A stretch of DNA of 64,000 nucleotides, taken from positions 15,830,881 through 15,894,880 of the forward strand of contig NC_092399.1 of the NCBI RefSeq assembly GCF_030028105.1, read 5' to 3'. Below the pieces are notes generated by a model. The model did no database searches. It was not told where the DNA came from and saw nothing but the letters and a program-made list of their open reading frames with translations. The stretch is from Mobula birostris (taxonomy: Eukaryota). Each line of letters begins with the position of its first letter. Position 1 is the stretch's first letter. This document shows positions 1 to 12,720 of this stretch, piece by piece. A program made the translations under genes and the position numbers.

Positions 1-363
1 TGAACGCTGAAAGCCCTTTATAGAGTGGATATGGGGAGGATGTTTCCTGTGGTGGGAGAGTCCAAGACCAGAGGAAATAGCCTCAGAATAGAGGGGTGTC
101 CTTTTAGAAAGGAGATGAGGAGGGTTATTTTTTTAGCCAGAGTGGTGAATCTGTGGAATTCTGTGCCACAGACAGTTGTGAAAGCCAAGTTTTTATGTAT
201 ATTTAAAGCAGAGGTTGGTAGGTTCTTGATTGGTCAGGGCATGAAGGGCTATGGGGAGAAGGCAGGAGATTGGGACTGAGAGGAATATTTAGATCAGCCG
301 TGATGAAATGGCGGAGCAGACTCGATGGGCCAAAGGATCTAATTCCGCTCCTATGGTCTTATG
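1..363 (+). mobile_element. CR1 3' end
   Basis: TRG..L, RVVNLWNS.P motifs and a CR1-type 3'UTR. Confidence 0.8.
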
Positions 364-1218
364 GCCCCCTGTGACGCTGCTAGTGCCAAACTGTATCAGT
401 CTCTGCCATTCCTTTAGGTGGAGAGGGGGAGCTTGCTCTCCATATTATATTGTCCAGGCTTGCGTATCTAGGCAGCTGGGATGCAACATCCACGGTTGAC
501 TCTGACTGACGGAGGCCTCACTCATAAGCAACACCTCATAAATATATTTACATTGTGACTAAACTATAAATACTTTGAAATAAATACCTCAAACAGACAA
601 ATAGATAAAACTTAAATCTTAGATGTTATGATGCATAGTATCTGATGAAAGGTAAACTTGAGGTAAAAGAATGGTCATCCCCTATGTGATGTCCAAAACC
701 TTGACATAGTTCTACTTCATTCTTTGTTGCAGTTACATTCGCTCTTCTTCAGCCCTCCCTTCCCCCAATCAGGAATAAGATACAAAATCCTGAAAGCATG
801 TACCAACAAACTCAAGGACAGCTCCTACTCCACTGTTATAAGACTATTGAATGGTTTCCTTGTATGATACAATGGACTCTTAATCTCACAATCTACTTTG
901 TTATGATCTTACACCTTATAGTCTACCTGTTATACTTTTTCTGTAGCTGTTACACTTTGTTCTGCAATCTGTTATTGTTTTAACTTGTTCAACTCAATGC
1001 ACTGTGCAATGAATTGATCAATAAGAGCAGTATGCAAGACAAGCGTTTCACTGTACTTTGACACATAAACCAATTCCATTCATATGATGTCACTGAAAAC
1101 ATGAGTTTTCTTACTCTGTTGTAGAGATATTTTATGCAATTCAGTCTGATGTGAATTTTTCAAGAGAGGGTCTGGGTCCACTACTTCAATTTCAGTAAAA
1201 CTACTTCAACTTGTATTA

Positions 1219-1398
1219 AAGTTGCTGGTGAACGCAGCAGGCCAAGCAGCATCTGTAGGAAGAGGTCAGTCCTGACGAAGGGTCTCGGCCTGAAACGTCG
1301 ACTGCACCTCTTCCTACAGATGCTGCTTGGCCTGCTGCATTCACCAGCAACTTTGATGTGTGTTGCTTGAATTTCCAGCATCTGCGGAATTCCTGTTG
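1219..1398 (+). mobile_element. Fold-back mini-Penelope insertion carrying a hammerhead motif
   Basis: About 48-bp inverted arms around the ribozyme motif; 13-bp TSD tcaacttgtatta (1206-1218 and 1399-1411). Confidence 0.85.
1267..1304 (+). ncRNA. Minimal type I hammerhead ribozyme motif (intact core)
   Basis: cagtc-CTGACGA-agg(gtctcgg)cct-GAAA-C-G-TC^gactg; stem I cagtc/gactg; loop-less stem III (ACGT palindrome). Confidence 0.8.
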
Positions 1399-1521
1399 TC
1401 AACTTGTATTAGTTAGGTTAATATTTTTTGTATATTTGGTTCGTAAAACCACCACACTTTGTCAAAAAAACCCTATGCAAGAACAAACAAATGCAATGAC
1501 AACACAAAATTGAGATGATTT

Positions 1522-1924
1522 CAAACATGAGAAAGTTTGCAGATGCTGGAAATCCAAAGCAACACACGCAAAACACTGGAGGAACTCAGCAGGTCAAGCA
1601 GCATCTATGGAAATGAATAATTCCTCAGGTTTGAGAAGGAAGGAGGAAGATGCCAGAATATAAAGGTGGGGGGGAGGGGAAAGAGGCTAGCTGTAAGGTG
1701 ATTGGTGAAGCCAGATGGGTGGGAAAGGTCAAGGGCTGGAGAGGAAGGAATCTGATAGGAGAGGAGAGTGGACTATAGAAGAAAGGGAAGGAGGGGGCCT
1801 GAGGGAAGTAATGGGTAGGTGAGAAGTGAAAGGTCAGTGGGGAATAGAGGAGGGTACACCTACAGGATTAAATTGCTCACTGGAAGATGCCATCAGGTTG
1901 GAGGGTACCTAGCTGAAATGGAAA
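1522..1924 (-). mobile_element. Penelope-like pLTR fragment
   Basis: Same gcagatgctggaaatcc / purine-rich / gccatcaggttggag layout as the 52-53 kb element; TSD gagatgattt. Confidence 0.7.
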
Positions 1925-2919
1925 GAGATGATTTAAATTTTTTGATGCATTCTATTTTCCTCTGTTACTATCCACTTGTTTGATTCATACAGGAATTCAC
2001 ATATGAATGGAGGCTGAGGTGATTGACCTAAACCTATTGAACTATAGAAGAATGAAAGCTGATCTAATACACCTATGATTCTGAGGGGGAATTGATGGGC
2101 TGGATACTAAGTGGATGTTTCCCTTTACTGAGATAACTAGAAGTAGAGAGCATCACTTCAGATTAAAGGATCCTTCATTTCAGCTGAAAATGATGAGTTT
2201 CTTTTCTCAGAGGGGTCTGAATCTTTTGCAGTCTATACCCCAGATCAATGGAGACAGTCATCGAATACTTTAAGGCCAAATTTAACAAGCCATTTAAAAT
2301 AGAGTGGAGTCAAGTGGTATGCAAAGAGGCTGGCTAAATATATTAGTGAACTGGTAAATATATCTACATTGTACCTAATCTGTAAACACTTAGAAATAAA
2401 TATCACAAGCAGTCAAATGTATAAATTTTAAATCTTGGTCCAGTGACATACCGTTCATTGAATAGCGGGACAGGCAGCGCCAACTAGCCGGCTCTTGATC
2501 CCAATGTGTTAAATAAACCTGCCAATAAGAAAATAATGAAGGCCCTTCCAGCTTTTAAGTTACTAGTTAGCCCAGGTTAATTGACCATACACAGCTGTAT
2601 AGAGTGGAATGCAACTTCTCAACACAAAAGGGGTTTGGACACCAACGCGTTGGGAGGCAGGGTATTGCTGTCGCTGGTACAATCACCAGAACAACACCCA
2701 GCACACTAAAAGAGGGCGCAACTGCAGGACCGCTGGTGAATTTGGCGCATTCGCAGCCTTCAGGAGGAATGACAATCCAGGACCGCGCTGAATGGGACCA
2801 AGGAGGAGGGTCGCTTCTGTCAGTCCTCGTTCCCTCCAAAGCACACTGCATTAGCTGACCCTGTCAGGTGAAAATTAGGCCAGTCGCCCTGCTTAACATC
2901 AATGAACAGAACGGAAACC

Positions 2920-3290
2920 ATCAACGGACGCCGGCCACTTGTCATTCCATTGACGTGGACCGGGGGGGGGGATTTGGCGCACGGAACCCTGGGAACTGTA
3001 GTTCCCGTTACACCGTTTAACCCCGGCAACTAATCTGGAGGAAACTCCAACTCCCAAATATAGAATTATGCGCACGCGCGTAGACCTTCAACCAGTGTAA
3101 CCTAACTTGGCAGCTCAATTATCCCGCCCACTATCTTGTTTTCCATTCGCTACGGTACTAGACCTGGCTTCTAAGTGGTGTGTGCGAATGTCAATCAATA
3201 TGTACGCCGCGATTTCCGGTGTAAAATTAGGTTGGCAGGACGTGTGGGCATCGGTTTGATCTCTGCCTTGACTAAAAGGTGGAAAGGTAA
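2920..3290. promoter_or_regulatory. Probable ZBTB8B promoter and non-coding first exon
   Basis: Locally CpG-rich. TGACGT at 2951, E2F-like TTTGGCGC at 2973, ZNF143/THAP11-type GGGAACTGTAGT at 2991 plus a variant ACTCCAACTCCCA at 3044, NRF1-like TGCGCACGCG at 3069, candidate donor AAG|GTAAAT at 3287. Confidence 0.6.
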
Positions 3291-4538
3291 ATACAGAAAG
3301 AAATAGGTAATTCTGGGTTTTAACGATTTTATGATATTACAATTGAGTTTTGAGGGATGTCCGTTAAACAGAATTAGACATTGTAACCCTAAGCTCTGAC
3401 CTCTTGGTGTATTCATTGGGAACTGTGTTGCAGCAGAACAGTTATAACCACTGAAATGGTTCAACGTCTAATTCTTGGCACAATTTATTTTTGTGTCTGT
3501 TATTTTATAGGAAGTTTATTTTTTTTGAAGGTTTCTTCTTGGCTTAAAAGCAATCTGTGACGTCATAAAAAAGAGCCTTGAACCAATTATTTTTTTGGGA
3601 AAAAAATTAGTCTATCAGAACAGAACCTGAAACAATAGCCTAGTTGAGCTTCCTGAGTACTGCTAATGAATAGTATTCAAAATTTAGACCTTCATTTGCT
3701 AAACAGTATTCAGCTATTGTTAATGCCTGATATTTTCTATCAGCTTTTAATGTGAAACTGGGGTAAAGAGTTAATGGAACCCAATAGCAACTTAAAAAAA
3801 AACAATGCAGCTTTTCTTTATGATGGCAATTCATTGCCTGAAAGCATTTTTTATGCAAGATGTGTATTTATGAATGAAAATATTACTATTTAAAATAGTG
3901 GTGCTACCTAATGTTATGAGTCACTTTGTTTTTGTCAGCAATGCATACTGCGGCTACATGATAACAATCAGTTTTTTAAAAAAATCGGTTTGCTCAAATA
4001 TTTGATGCAATTTAAATCTTTTATCTGGAGTTACAGGAGTTGATTTATTTTACTCTTACCTAAAGTGCAGGTCAAGCACTTTAAAATGAAAGTTTCTCTG
4101 GTGCTAATTGGGCCTTTGTGGGTCTCTTGACCTGAATTATAACTTAAACGTTGCAGTTTCCTTCAGAGTGTTTAGGTTTTATTTAGCTTCTAGTAAGTAG
4201 TTAGTGAACTGTCACTCTAATGCAGGAGCTGTATAGAAAGCTGAAGTGGAATGCTCTCTTTTATAATGGTTTAAGTGCATTTTTGCGGCTAGATAAATAA
4301 ACTTTGTTTACCTCCTGGTTATTTGATATCTAAGGGCTTTTCCACCATTGGTAAATTATTCTGGGGGAAAAAAAAGGAGAGCTTGGTCTGTGATTTATTG
4401 TTGACACCAAGGGCCAAGTGGGTAATTCTTTCTGTTGCTGCTTTATTGTGGAACCCACTGTTTATTTTTGAAAGCTCTTGACTTTTGTTTCTTCTACAGG
4501 TAAAGAAATACCTTTTGACAAAGTCCTGCTCATGAAAG

Positions 4539-5472
4539 ATGGAGATCACATCGTATTATACTAAACTTCTGGGAGAATTAAATGAGCAGCGTAAGCAGGA
4601 CTTCTTCTGTGACTGCAGCATAATTGTGGAGGGAAGAATTTTCAAAGCTCACCGGAACATTCTATTTGCTAACAGCGGCTACTTCAGGGCCTTGTTAATT
4701 CACTATATCCACGATAGTGGACGCCCTAGCACAGCCTCGTTGGACATTGTCACATCTGAGGCCTTTTCAATTATTCTGGACTTCCTTTATTCTGGAAAGT
4801 TGAACCTTTGCAGTAAAAATGTTATTGAAGTAATGTCGGCTGCTAGTTATCTACAGATGACGGATGTGGTCAGCTTTTGCAAGTTGTATATTAGATCTTC
4901 TCTTGACATCTGTGTGAAAGATGAAAAGGATGATGATTGCAGTCATGTGGAGAATGGAAATAATATAAATGCCTTTGGAGATGCCGTGTCCTTCTGTCGG
5001 AATCAATGTCCAAACCCTGTTCCGACAGTTCAACAACAGAAAGAGGCAAGCCCGGAGAATAATAAAGGACTTAACTGGAATGAATGCAGTACTTATCATC
5101 CCATAGATCTTGCACAAAAGGATCAAGATAATCTTTCTCCAGAGAAAGTGCATCCTCCATCGCTACCCAAGCTTCCAGAACCGAAGGTTGAATTCGACGA
5201 GGATGAAGTGGGATCGGTTGAGCGGTTCCGACAGTTTACACCGTCTGCCACAGATCAGACTGAGGAGCGGCTGCAGTCTGCCCCAGCCATGGAGATAGCT
5301 TATGAGAATTACCAGATGAAACAATTCCTGGAAGTTTTATTGAGGACAGGAAATGTCCAACGGAAAGATGACATCATGCAGCACTTTTCCCGTGGGGGGC
5401 GTCCGGAGGATGGAGGGGGCACCTTCTCGAATATGATGGATGTCCAGAGCGATTGGTATGGGGAAGATGCAG
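4539..5472 (+). CDS. ZBTB8B: ZBTB8B first coding exon (BTB/POZ domain plus linker)
   Basis: [52 protein letters not shown] is a ZBTB8B-type BTB domain. Acceptor ttcttctacAG at 4498-4499; donor AG|GTGAGA after 5472 (phase 1). Confidence 0.95.
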
Positions 5473-6200
5473 GTGAGATCACTGCAACAGCATAACATAA
5501 CGCAGAACTTTCGTTAGAAACATTGCATCCTTTGATGCAATGCATAACTATCTTAGACAAATACTAAGATTCAGATTGGAAATTCTCCACAAAAAATCTG
5601 GGAGTAATTGACTATTTCGATAGCACCTACACCTTAGTGAAACTAATGTAATACTAAGATAAATGCTGGTATATTTCAAAACATCAGCCATGTTAGTTTT
5701 GGATTGTATAAGTGGCACCAGTTTTTCTTTGTGTGACAATCCACATATTCAAATTCAGGGTCTCGGCCTGCAACATTGATTGTTTCTTCCTCTCCATAGA
5801 TGCTGCCTAATCTGTTGAGTTCCTCCAGCATTCTGTGTTCGTAGCATAGGTTTTGCGTCACAATTTAAATTCCTCAGTGTCATCAAGGTTACTCTCTTGT
5901 GATGGTGTATGAGAGTGTCTGGTGCTTTGGGCGAATCAGTATTTCCCCACAAAATGTTATCTGGGCACCAGCCCACAAATTGAATACATTCTCAGCATTT
6001 CCCCAAATCAACAAGTGACAGCGTGACTACGATGGATGGAGAGTGGGTGGAGTTTTTTTCTGTTCTGCCAGAAGCAGTAATAGATTGTGCTGCCCCTTAA
6101 GTCTATCAGGCCATTCATTAAAATTATGGCTGGGTTTGTACCTCATCCACTTTGCCTCTATCCTTAATGTCTGAAGATCTATTGAATTTGGTTTTGACTA

Positions 6201-6977
6201 TACAATTGATTCTTGTTCATTGGGACACATGGGAGCAGTACATTTTGGCCCAATTAAGCAGTAGCCAAAGTTTCATAGAAATAGTTAGAAAGGTATTAAA
6301 AAAAAAAAGTGAGTGAACAACAAATTATGTATTTAAATGAACACCCCCAATAGTATGATAATATTATAAAACTGTTTATTAATTCTTCTTATCGACAGAG
6401 GAATTTATCCATGTTACATTCTTTTGACTGTAAATGAACCAAATCAACGCAGATATTGGACTGCCTTCATACAATGCTGTTGATGGTTGCATCCTCCTAA
6501 CACTCACTTTCATTTTAACATTCAAGATCTTACTTTCAAAGTAGGAAAGGTGCAGAATTCGATACCTTGAAATTTTTTTGTAGTTTCTAAGTTTTTGAAG
6601 TAGTGAAATCATTTCATTTTCACTCCCAGCTGTTTCTGGCATCTCCAAGCTGGAATGTTTGAAACTGCAGTGAACAAAACAGTTCTGAATTGTCTTGCTG
6701 CTTATTTCTTCCCAACTCAGTGACAAAACACATGCAACTAATGCTTTTTAAAAACAGTTTGCTGGAAGCATGGTGTTGTGGCTAATGGCTACAAAGTGCA
6801 TGTGACTAATGCTAGCTGGAAACTTTTCAGCAAGTTTCCTACCCCATAAACAGCGTGTCCCAAATAAACGAAGAGAACCCCAGCTATTTTCTTGATTAGT
6901 TTTCGTTCTTTAAGAGTGGTCTCAAATAAGTGGCTGCCCCGATTAACTCGTGGCCCAATTATCTGGAATCTACTGCA
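6201..6977 (-). mobile_element. Tigger/pogo-like DNA transposon remnant
   Basis: Imperfect TIRs (tacaattgattc.. and ..gaatctactgca); remnant LSWEEISSKTIQNCFVHCSF resembles the pogo/Tigger C-terminal W..TI.NCF motif. Confidence 0.65.
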
Positions 6978-8024
6978 CCTAAAGTACACCCACAACCCTC
7001 TGGAGTAGAAAATCACAAAGATTTAAAACTCTAAATTGAACACGTATTCCAGATGGGATGCAATTTGGAACTCAGTTCAGCTGTCATTCCTTGGTAATTC
7101 AAACTTGAAATAAAAGCCAAGATTCCACTAAACTTTATTTTTTAAAAGAACATAGTATGTTTTTGTTTCTTCTAAACGTGGGCTCCCAATTCTGATCGTT
7201 CATTTCTAACTACCAGCTGTTTAATAAATATTCCAAGCGATGCCAAATTCAAGTGATCTTGTATTCTCTCACATTGACCTCCATCTGCGACAATGTTAAG
7301 CTCTTCACTGAACCTCCAAAGTTCTTTGCAACTTTGTACTTTGCTCTACACTACATTATTCTCCAACAAACCCGGTGCCATTGATAATCGTAGATTTTCT
7401 AATATCTGTTCCTTCAGCTCGGTCACTTACTAATATAATGAAAAGCTGTAGCCCTTTCCAGATTCTGAGAACACTGTCAGTCACGTTTTGCCAATTTAAA
7501 AGTTCACTGGTTATCCCTACTCGGATTTGATTGAAAAATTGGAGGTCATTCAGCCCATCACAGCTGGTTCCTAAAACAGTTTCCTATCTAAAGCAATAGG
7601 TAGTACAATCCCACACTTCCATTTTCACCCCTCCTCCTCCACTCCAACCACCATTTCCTTTGTATGGGACAATACTGTCTGGAAGTCGAATTCACCATAT
7701 TATCAAAGTATGTATGCAGAATGCAGCTCTGAGCTTCGTCTTCTCCCGATAGGCACGAAACAAGAAAACTCATGGAAGTCATTGAAAGAAAAGACATCAA
7801 CCCCCCCCCCCCAACACACACAGACAGACAGATACAGACAAAGGTAAAACAAAAACTCTCAAAATCCAAATCCCCTACCCCCACCCTCACAAAAAAATGA
7901 ACAGATCGCCCACACAGAAAGTGACAACTAGAACATCAAACCCCAAGTCCCAAAACCCTCCTTCACAAAAAACGATCATATCGCCCACACGAGAAAAAAC
8001 TAACAACATCAAACCCCCAACCCC

Positions 8025-8051
8025 CTCTCTCTCTCTCTCTCTCTCTCTCTC
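8025..8051 (+). repeat. (CT)n microsatellite inside a low-complexity C/A-rich repeat (about 7780-8150)
   Basis: Read directly; aacatcaaacccc recurs in the surrounding sequence. Confidence 0.9.
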
Positions 8052-8822
8052 AAAAAACTAACAATGCCCACATGGGGGGGGGGGGAAAGAAAACACCAAC
8101 AGGAACATCAAACCCCAAATGCCCAACCCCTGACTTGCACAAAAAAAACTAACGTATGGCCCACTGGTAAACAGTCTTGTATCAAATATTAATACAATCC
8201 CAAGAAGGTTCCTTGGCCACTGTTAATTGTCACCTGTTTGTAACCAGCTATCAATTATAATAGCAACAATTCTCATTTTTTAGTTAGTTTAACAAAATAT
8301 CATCTGAACATGATACGACAAAGGGATATGTTAATGCAGATGACCAGAGGTTGATCAAAGTTGGTTATAAAGAACATCTTCAAGAGGTGATGACAGAGCA
8401 ATTAGTTTCAGGACTATTCAAGAGACCAGAAAATAGATGACGTATATTGATAGTACCGGGGCTGATTACAGCAAGAGAAGGGAGTGAGGCTGAGGAGGAA
8501 TTTATAAATCAAGATGAGAATTACATTCATAGACGCAAATATATATTGGTTATGATTATAATAAGCTTGAATTTTCCCAATTTAAAAAAAACCTAAGTAA
8601 TACACAGAAAACATTGGAGGAACTCAGCAGATCAGGCAACATCTATGGAAAAAAAGTAAACAGTCAATGTTTTGAGCCAAAACACTTCATCAGGAGTAAA
8701 AAAATACTAAACCTCAATATAGAAATGCTATTGTAATTTATAATCTCACACATCTTAGTGTGGTATTTTGAAACATTTCAGATCTTTTCATACACTGACA
8801 TTTTTTTAAATCTTCTAAGGTA

Positions 8823-10444
8823 CATTGGTATGCAAATGTTTGGGCACCCCTAGTCAAAATTTCTGTTGCTGTGAATAGCTAAATCAGTAAAAGATGACCT
8901 GATTTCCAAAAAGCATAAAGTTAAAGATGACACATTTCTTTAATATTTTAAGCAAGATTACTTTTTTTTATTTCCATCTTTTACAATTTCAAAATAACAA
9001 AAAAGGAAAAGGGCCCGAAGCAAATGTTTGGGCACCCTGCATGGTCAGTACTTAGTAACAGCTCCTTTGGCAAGTATCACAGTTTGTAAATGGTTTCTGT
9101 AGCCAGCTAAGAGTCTTTCAATTCTTGTTTGGGGGATTTTGGCCCATTCTTCCTTGCGAAAGGCTTCTAGTTTTGTGAGATTCTTGGGCTGTTTTGCATG
9201 CACTGCTCTTTTGAGGTCTATCCACAAATTTTCGATGATGTTTAGACCAGGGGATTGCGAGGGCCATGACAAAACCTTCAGCTTGCACTTCTTGAGGTAG
9301 TCCATTGTGGGTTTTGAGGTGTGTTTAGGATCATTATCCTGTTGCAGAAGCCATCCTCTATTTTTCTTCAGCTTTCTTATAGACGGTGTGATGTTTGCTT
9401 CCAGAATTTGCTGGTATTTAATCGAATTCATTTCTTCCCTCTACCAGTGAAATGTTCCCCGTGCCACTGACTGCAACACAAGTCTAAAGCATGATCGATC
9501 CACCCCCGTGCTTAACAGTTGGAGAGGTGTTCTTTTCATGAAATTCTGCACCCTTTTCCAAATATACCTTTGCTCATCGTGGCCAATAAGTTCTATTTTA
9601 ACTTAATCAGTCCACAGGACTTGTTTCCAAAATACATCAGGCTTGTTTAGATGTTCCTTTGCAAACTTTTGACGCTGAAGTTTGTGTTGAGGGCGCAGGA
9701 AAGATTTTCTTCTGATGACTCTTCCATGAAGGTCATATTTGTGTAGGTGTTGCTGCACAGTAGAACAGGGCACCACCACTCCAGAGTCTGCTAAATCTTT
9801 CTGAAGGTCTTTTGTAGTCAAACGGGGTTTTGATTTGCCTGTCTACCAATCCTATGAGCAGTTCTCTCGGAAAGTTTTCTTGGTCTTCCAGACCTCAACT
9901 TGACCTCCACCGTTCCTGTTAACTGCCATTTCTTAATGACATTATGAACTGAGGAAACAGCTACCTGAAAATGCTTTGCTATCTTCCTATAGCCTTCTCC
10001 TGCTTTGTGGGCATCATTTATTTTAATTTTCAGAGTGCTAGGCAGCTACTTAGAGGAGCCCATGGCTGCTGATAGTTGGGACAAGATTTGAGGAGTCAGG
10101 TATTTATAAAGCTTTGAAATTTGCATCACCTGGCCTTTCCTAACGATGACTGTGAACAAGCCATAGCCCTAACAAGCTAATTAAGGTCTGAGATCTTGGT
10201 AAAAGTTATCTGAGAGCTCAAATCTCTTGGGGTGCCCAAACCTTTGCATGGTGCTCCTTTCCTCTTTTTCCCCACTTTAAAATTGTACAAAACAAAAATA
10301 ATACACTAATCTTGCTTAAAATGTTGAAAAGAATGTTTCATCTTTAATTTTATGACTTTTGGAGATCAGTTCATCTTCTACTCACTTAACTATTCACAGT
10401 AACAGAAATTTTGACCGGGGTACCCAAACATTTGCTTGCCACTG
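8823..10444 (-). mobile_element. Full-length decayed Tc1/mariner DNA transposon (IR/DR type)
   Basis: About 210-bp TIRs, each with two direct repeats (gcaaatgtttgggcaccc at 8832 and 9020; complements at about 10229 and 10417); TA on both flanks. Frameshifted transposase about 10063-9045 with GRPRK, WTD, QQDNDPKH and SPGLNIIENLW motifs. Confidence 0.93.
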
Positions 10445-11714
10445 TAGGCATGAAAATAAGTGCAGTAGTGTAGTAAAGTCAAAAATTACTTTAAAAAGAA
10501 GTAAATTTCCATTAAAAGAAATGGGTTTTGATGGAAGTGTTTAGATTGCACCTGTTTGTATGCCCCTTAACTTGAAAGTCTTCCAAGTCTTTCATTCAGG
10601 TAATTTTTTTTTAATGATGCCAAACTAATGGTAGATTGCATGTGTCTTTCCAAAGTAGAAAAGGAACTAATTGTAGACCTTGGTCAGACAACAAGCATAT
10701 TACTGCACAGTTGAAGCCAGAATAACTGGGAAGACTGAAAAGCTGGATATAGTAGATGTTTGTGGAGTAAGTTATGACTTTAGTTCTATTGGTGAACGTA
10801 CCACAGACATGCAATGTTGCCTTTTGAACCTACCTTCCCACTGCCCATTGTACCGATGGCGATGAGGGCAGCAATGAAGGTCCTCCATTGCTGGCAGTGT
10901 TCATTATGTCAGTCGTGCAGGTTCCAGGTGGAGACTGAGGAACACAGCCGCACCCAGGTGTGGAGGATTCTTCATTGCTGTTTCTGTAACAGTTTTGGTT
11001 TACTAGTCAGGATTGTTAGCCCTGAGCTGAACCCTCAAACCTGGAAGACCAGTGAACCACTCTTAGTCTGATCTCTACCCTTTGACCTGTTTGGCATGAG
11101 TGACCCTACCATGAGCTGAAGCATAAAGTCCTGACTGCATGTCTCAAAATCCTATGACAAGATTGTGGTACTCTTGGAAGAGCCTTTTGAAGTGGTTTCT
11201 TAAAATTATGGAATTTAATTCATGTTAAGATTATGTCTGTGATCAGCAAGGACTATTTCTTTTTAAAGATCAAGTAGTGTAAATTGATTCAACAATTTAT
11301 ACCAATTTAAAATGTATGATCTATTTGATAAAGAAAATCTAATTAATGAAGTGCATATAATTCTTTAGGATGGATTAAACGTTTCCTTGTCTGATCATGC
11401 AGGCTGGTTTATCTGACAGTGGTAGTGAGATTGCAACAATCTGACTTGGAACCCCTGAGTTATTCAGTAACTCCTGTGGTAAAATTATATGCAATTTGAT
11501 GGAGGACAGCACTGATTCTCAAATAGGATCTATTTTGTTTTATAGTTGGTTGTTGAGGTTCATATCTAACTGATAACCACTTGACAATACAAAACAATGG
11601 ATGTCTTTGGAGTGATAACCAAGAGTTTGAAAAGGTTTCTCACTGATGCCATTTGATGATAGAAATGGACTCTGTTTTACAAGTCCTGACTGTAAATTGG
11701 TTGGAATCTTTTTA

Positions 11715-11943
11715 CAAACAAAGGAAAATCTGCAGATGCTGGAAATCCAAGCAGCACACACAAAATGCTGGAGGAACTGAGCAGGCCAGGCAGCATCTAC
11801 AGAAGAAAAGTACAGTCGACATTTCAGGCTGAGATCCTTCAACAGGATTCAGTCCTGCCGAAGGGTCTCGGGCACGAAATGTCGACTATACTTTTTACCT
11901 TAGAGGTTGCCTGGCCTGCTGAGTTCATCCAGCATCCTGTGTG
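11715..11943. mobile_element. Fold-back mini-Penelope with two oppositely oriented degenerate hammerheads
   Basis: Inverted arms; motifs at 11813-11849 (-) and 11850-11887 (+); TSD-like gttggaatc(t/c)tttta. Confidence 0.75.
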
Positions 11944-12161
11944 TTGGAATCCTTTTAAACTCTGTGATGTCATGAATATTTTAAACATAAGTGGGTTCTG
12001 AAATGCAGTGTCAATGGCAAAGAATCTATGAGATATAAATAGTCATTCAATCATTTTGTAATCTCACCTGTGGGCTACTGTCACATTTTCAGTTTGTATC
12101 TGGCTGGGAGAACTAGATTTGATCAGGTAGTTGATGCCAACCAAAATGAATTGACTCTGTG

Positions 12162-12720
12162 CACTCAGTAGCTACTTTTAGGTACACCTGTTTGTTAATG
12201 CGAATATCCAATCAGCCAGTTGTGTGGCAGCAACTCAATGCAAAAAAAAAAACATGCAGGTATGGTCAAGAGGCTCAGTTGTTGTTCAGATCAAACATTA
12301 GAATGGGGAAGAAATGTGATTGAAGTGACTTTGACAATGGATGTTTGTTGGTGCCAGACAGGGTGGTTTGAGTATCTCAGAAAATGTTGATCTCCTGGGA
12401 TTTTCATGCACTATAGGCTCCGGAGTTTACAGAGAATGGTGTTTTAAAAAAAATCCAGTGAGCTGTAGTTGTGTGGGCAAAAATACCTTGTTCATGAGAG
12501 AGGTCGAAGGAGAATGACCAGACTGGTTCAAGCTGACCAGAAAGAGACAGTAACTCAAATAACCATGTGTTATATACAGTGGTGTGCGTAAGAGCATCTT
12601 TAAATGCACAACATATTGAATGTTGAAGTGGATGGATTACTGCAACAGAAGACCACGAACATACACTCAGTGGCCACACTTTAGATACCTCCTGTACCTA
12701 ATGAAGTGATCACTGAGTGT
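12162..12720 (+). mobile_element. Non-autonomous Tc1-derived element
   Basis: Termini cactcagt...actgagtg. Internal decayed Tc1 N-terminal helix-turn-helix sequence (atggggaagaaatgtgat...ctcctgggattttca). Confidence 0.7.

Noticed and set aside
2567-2858. Overlapping 84-94 aa ORFs, or a structured ncRNA gene (7SK, RNase P/MRP, TERC) near the ZNF143-type motifs
   Set aside because: No recognisable protein motif, and no conserved RNA hallmark (telomeric template, P4 consensus) was seen.
5473-5495. ORF-track extensions of exons into introns (also 42883-42923 and 57824-57869)
   Set aside because: Strong donor sites and phase-matched downstream exons explain the true gene structure.
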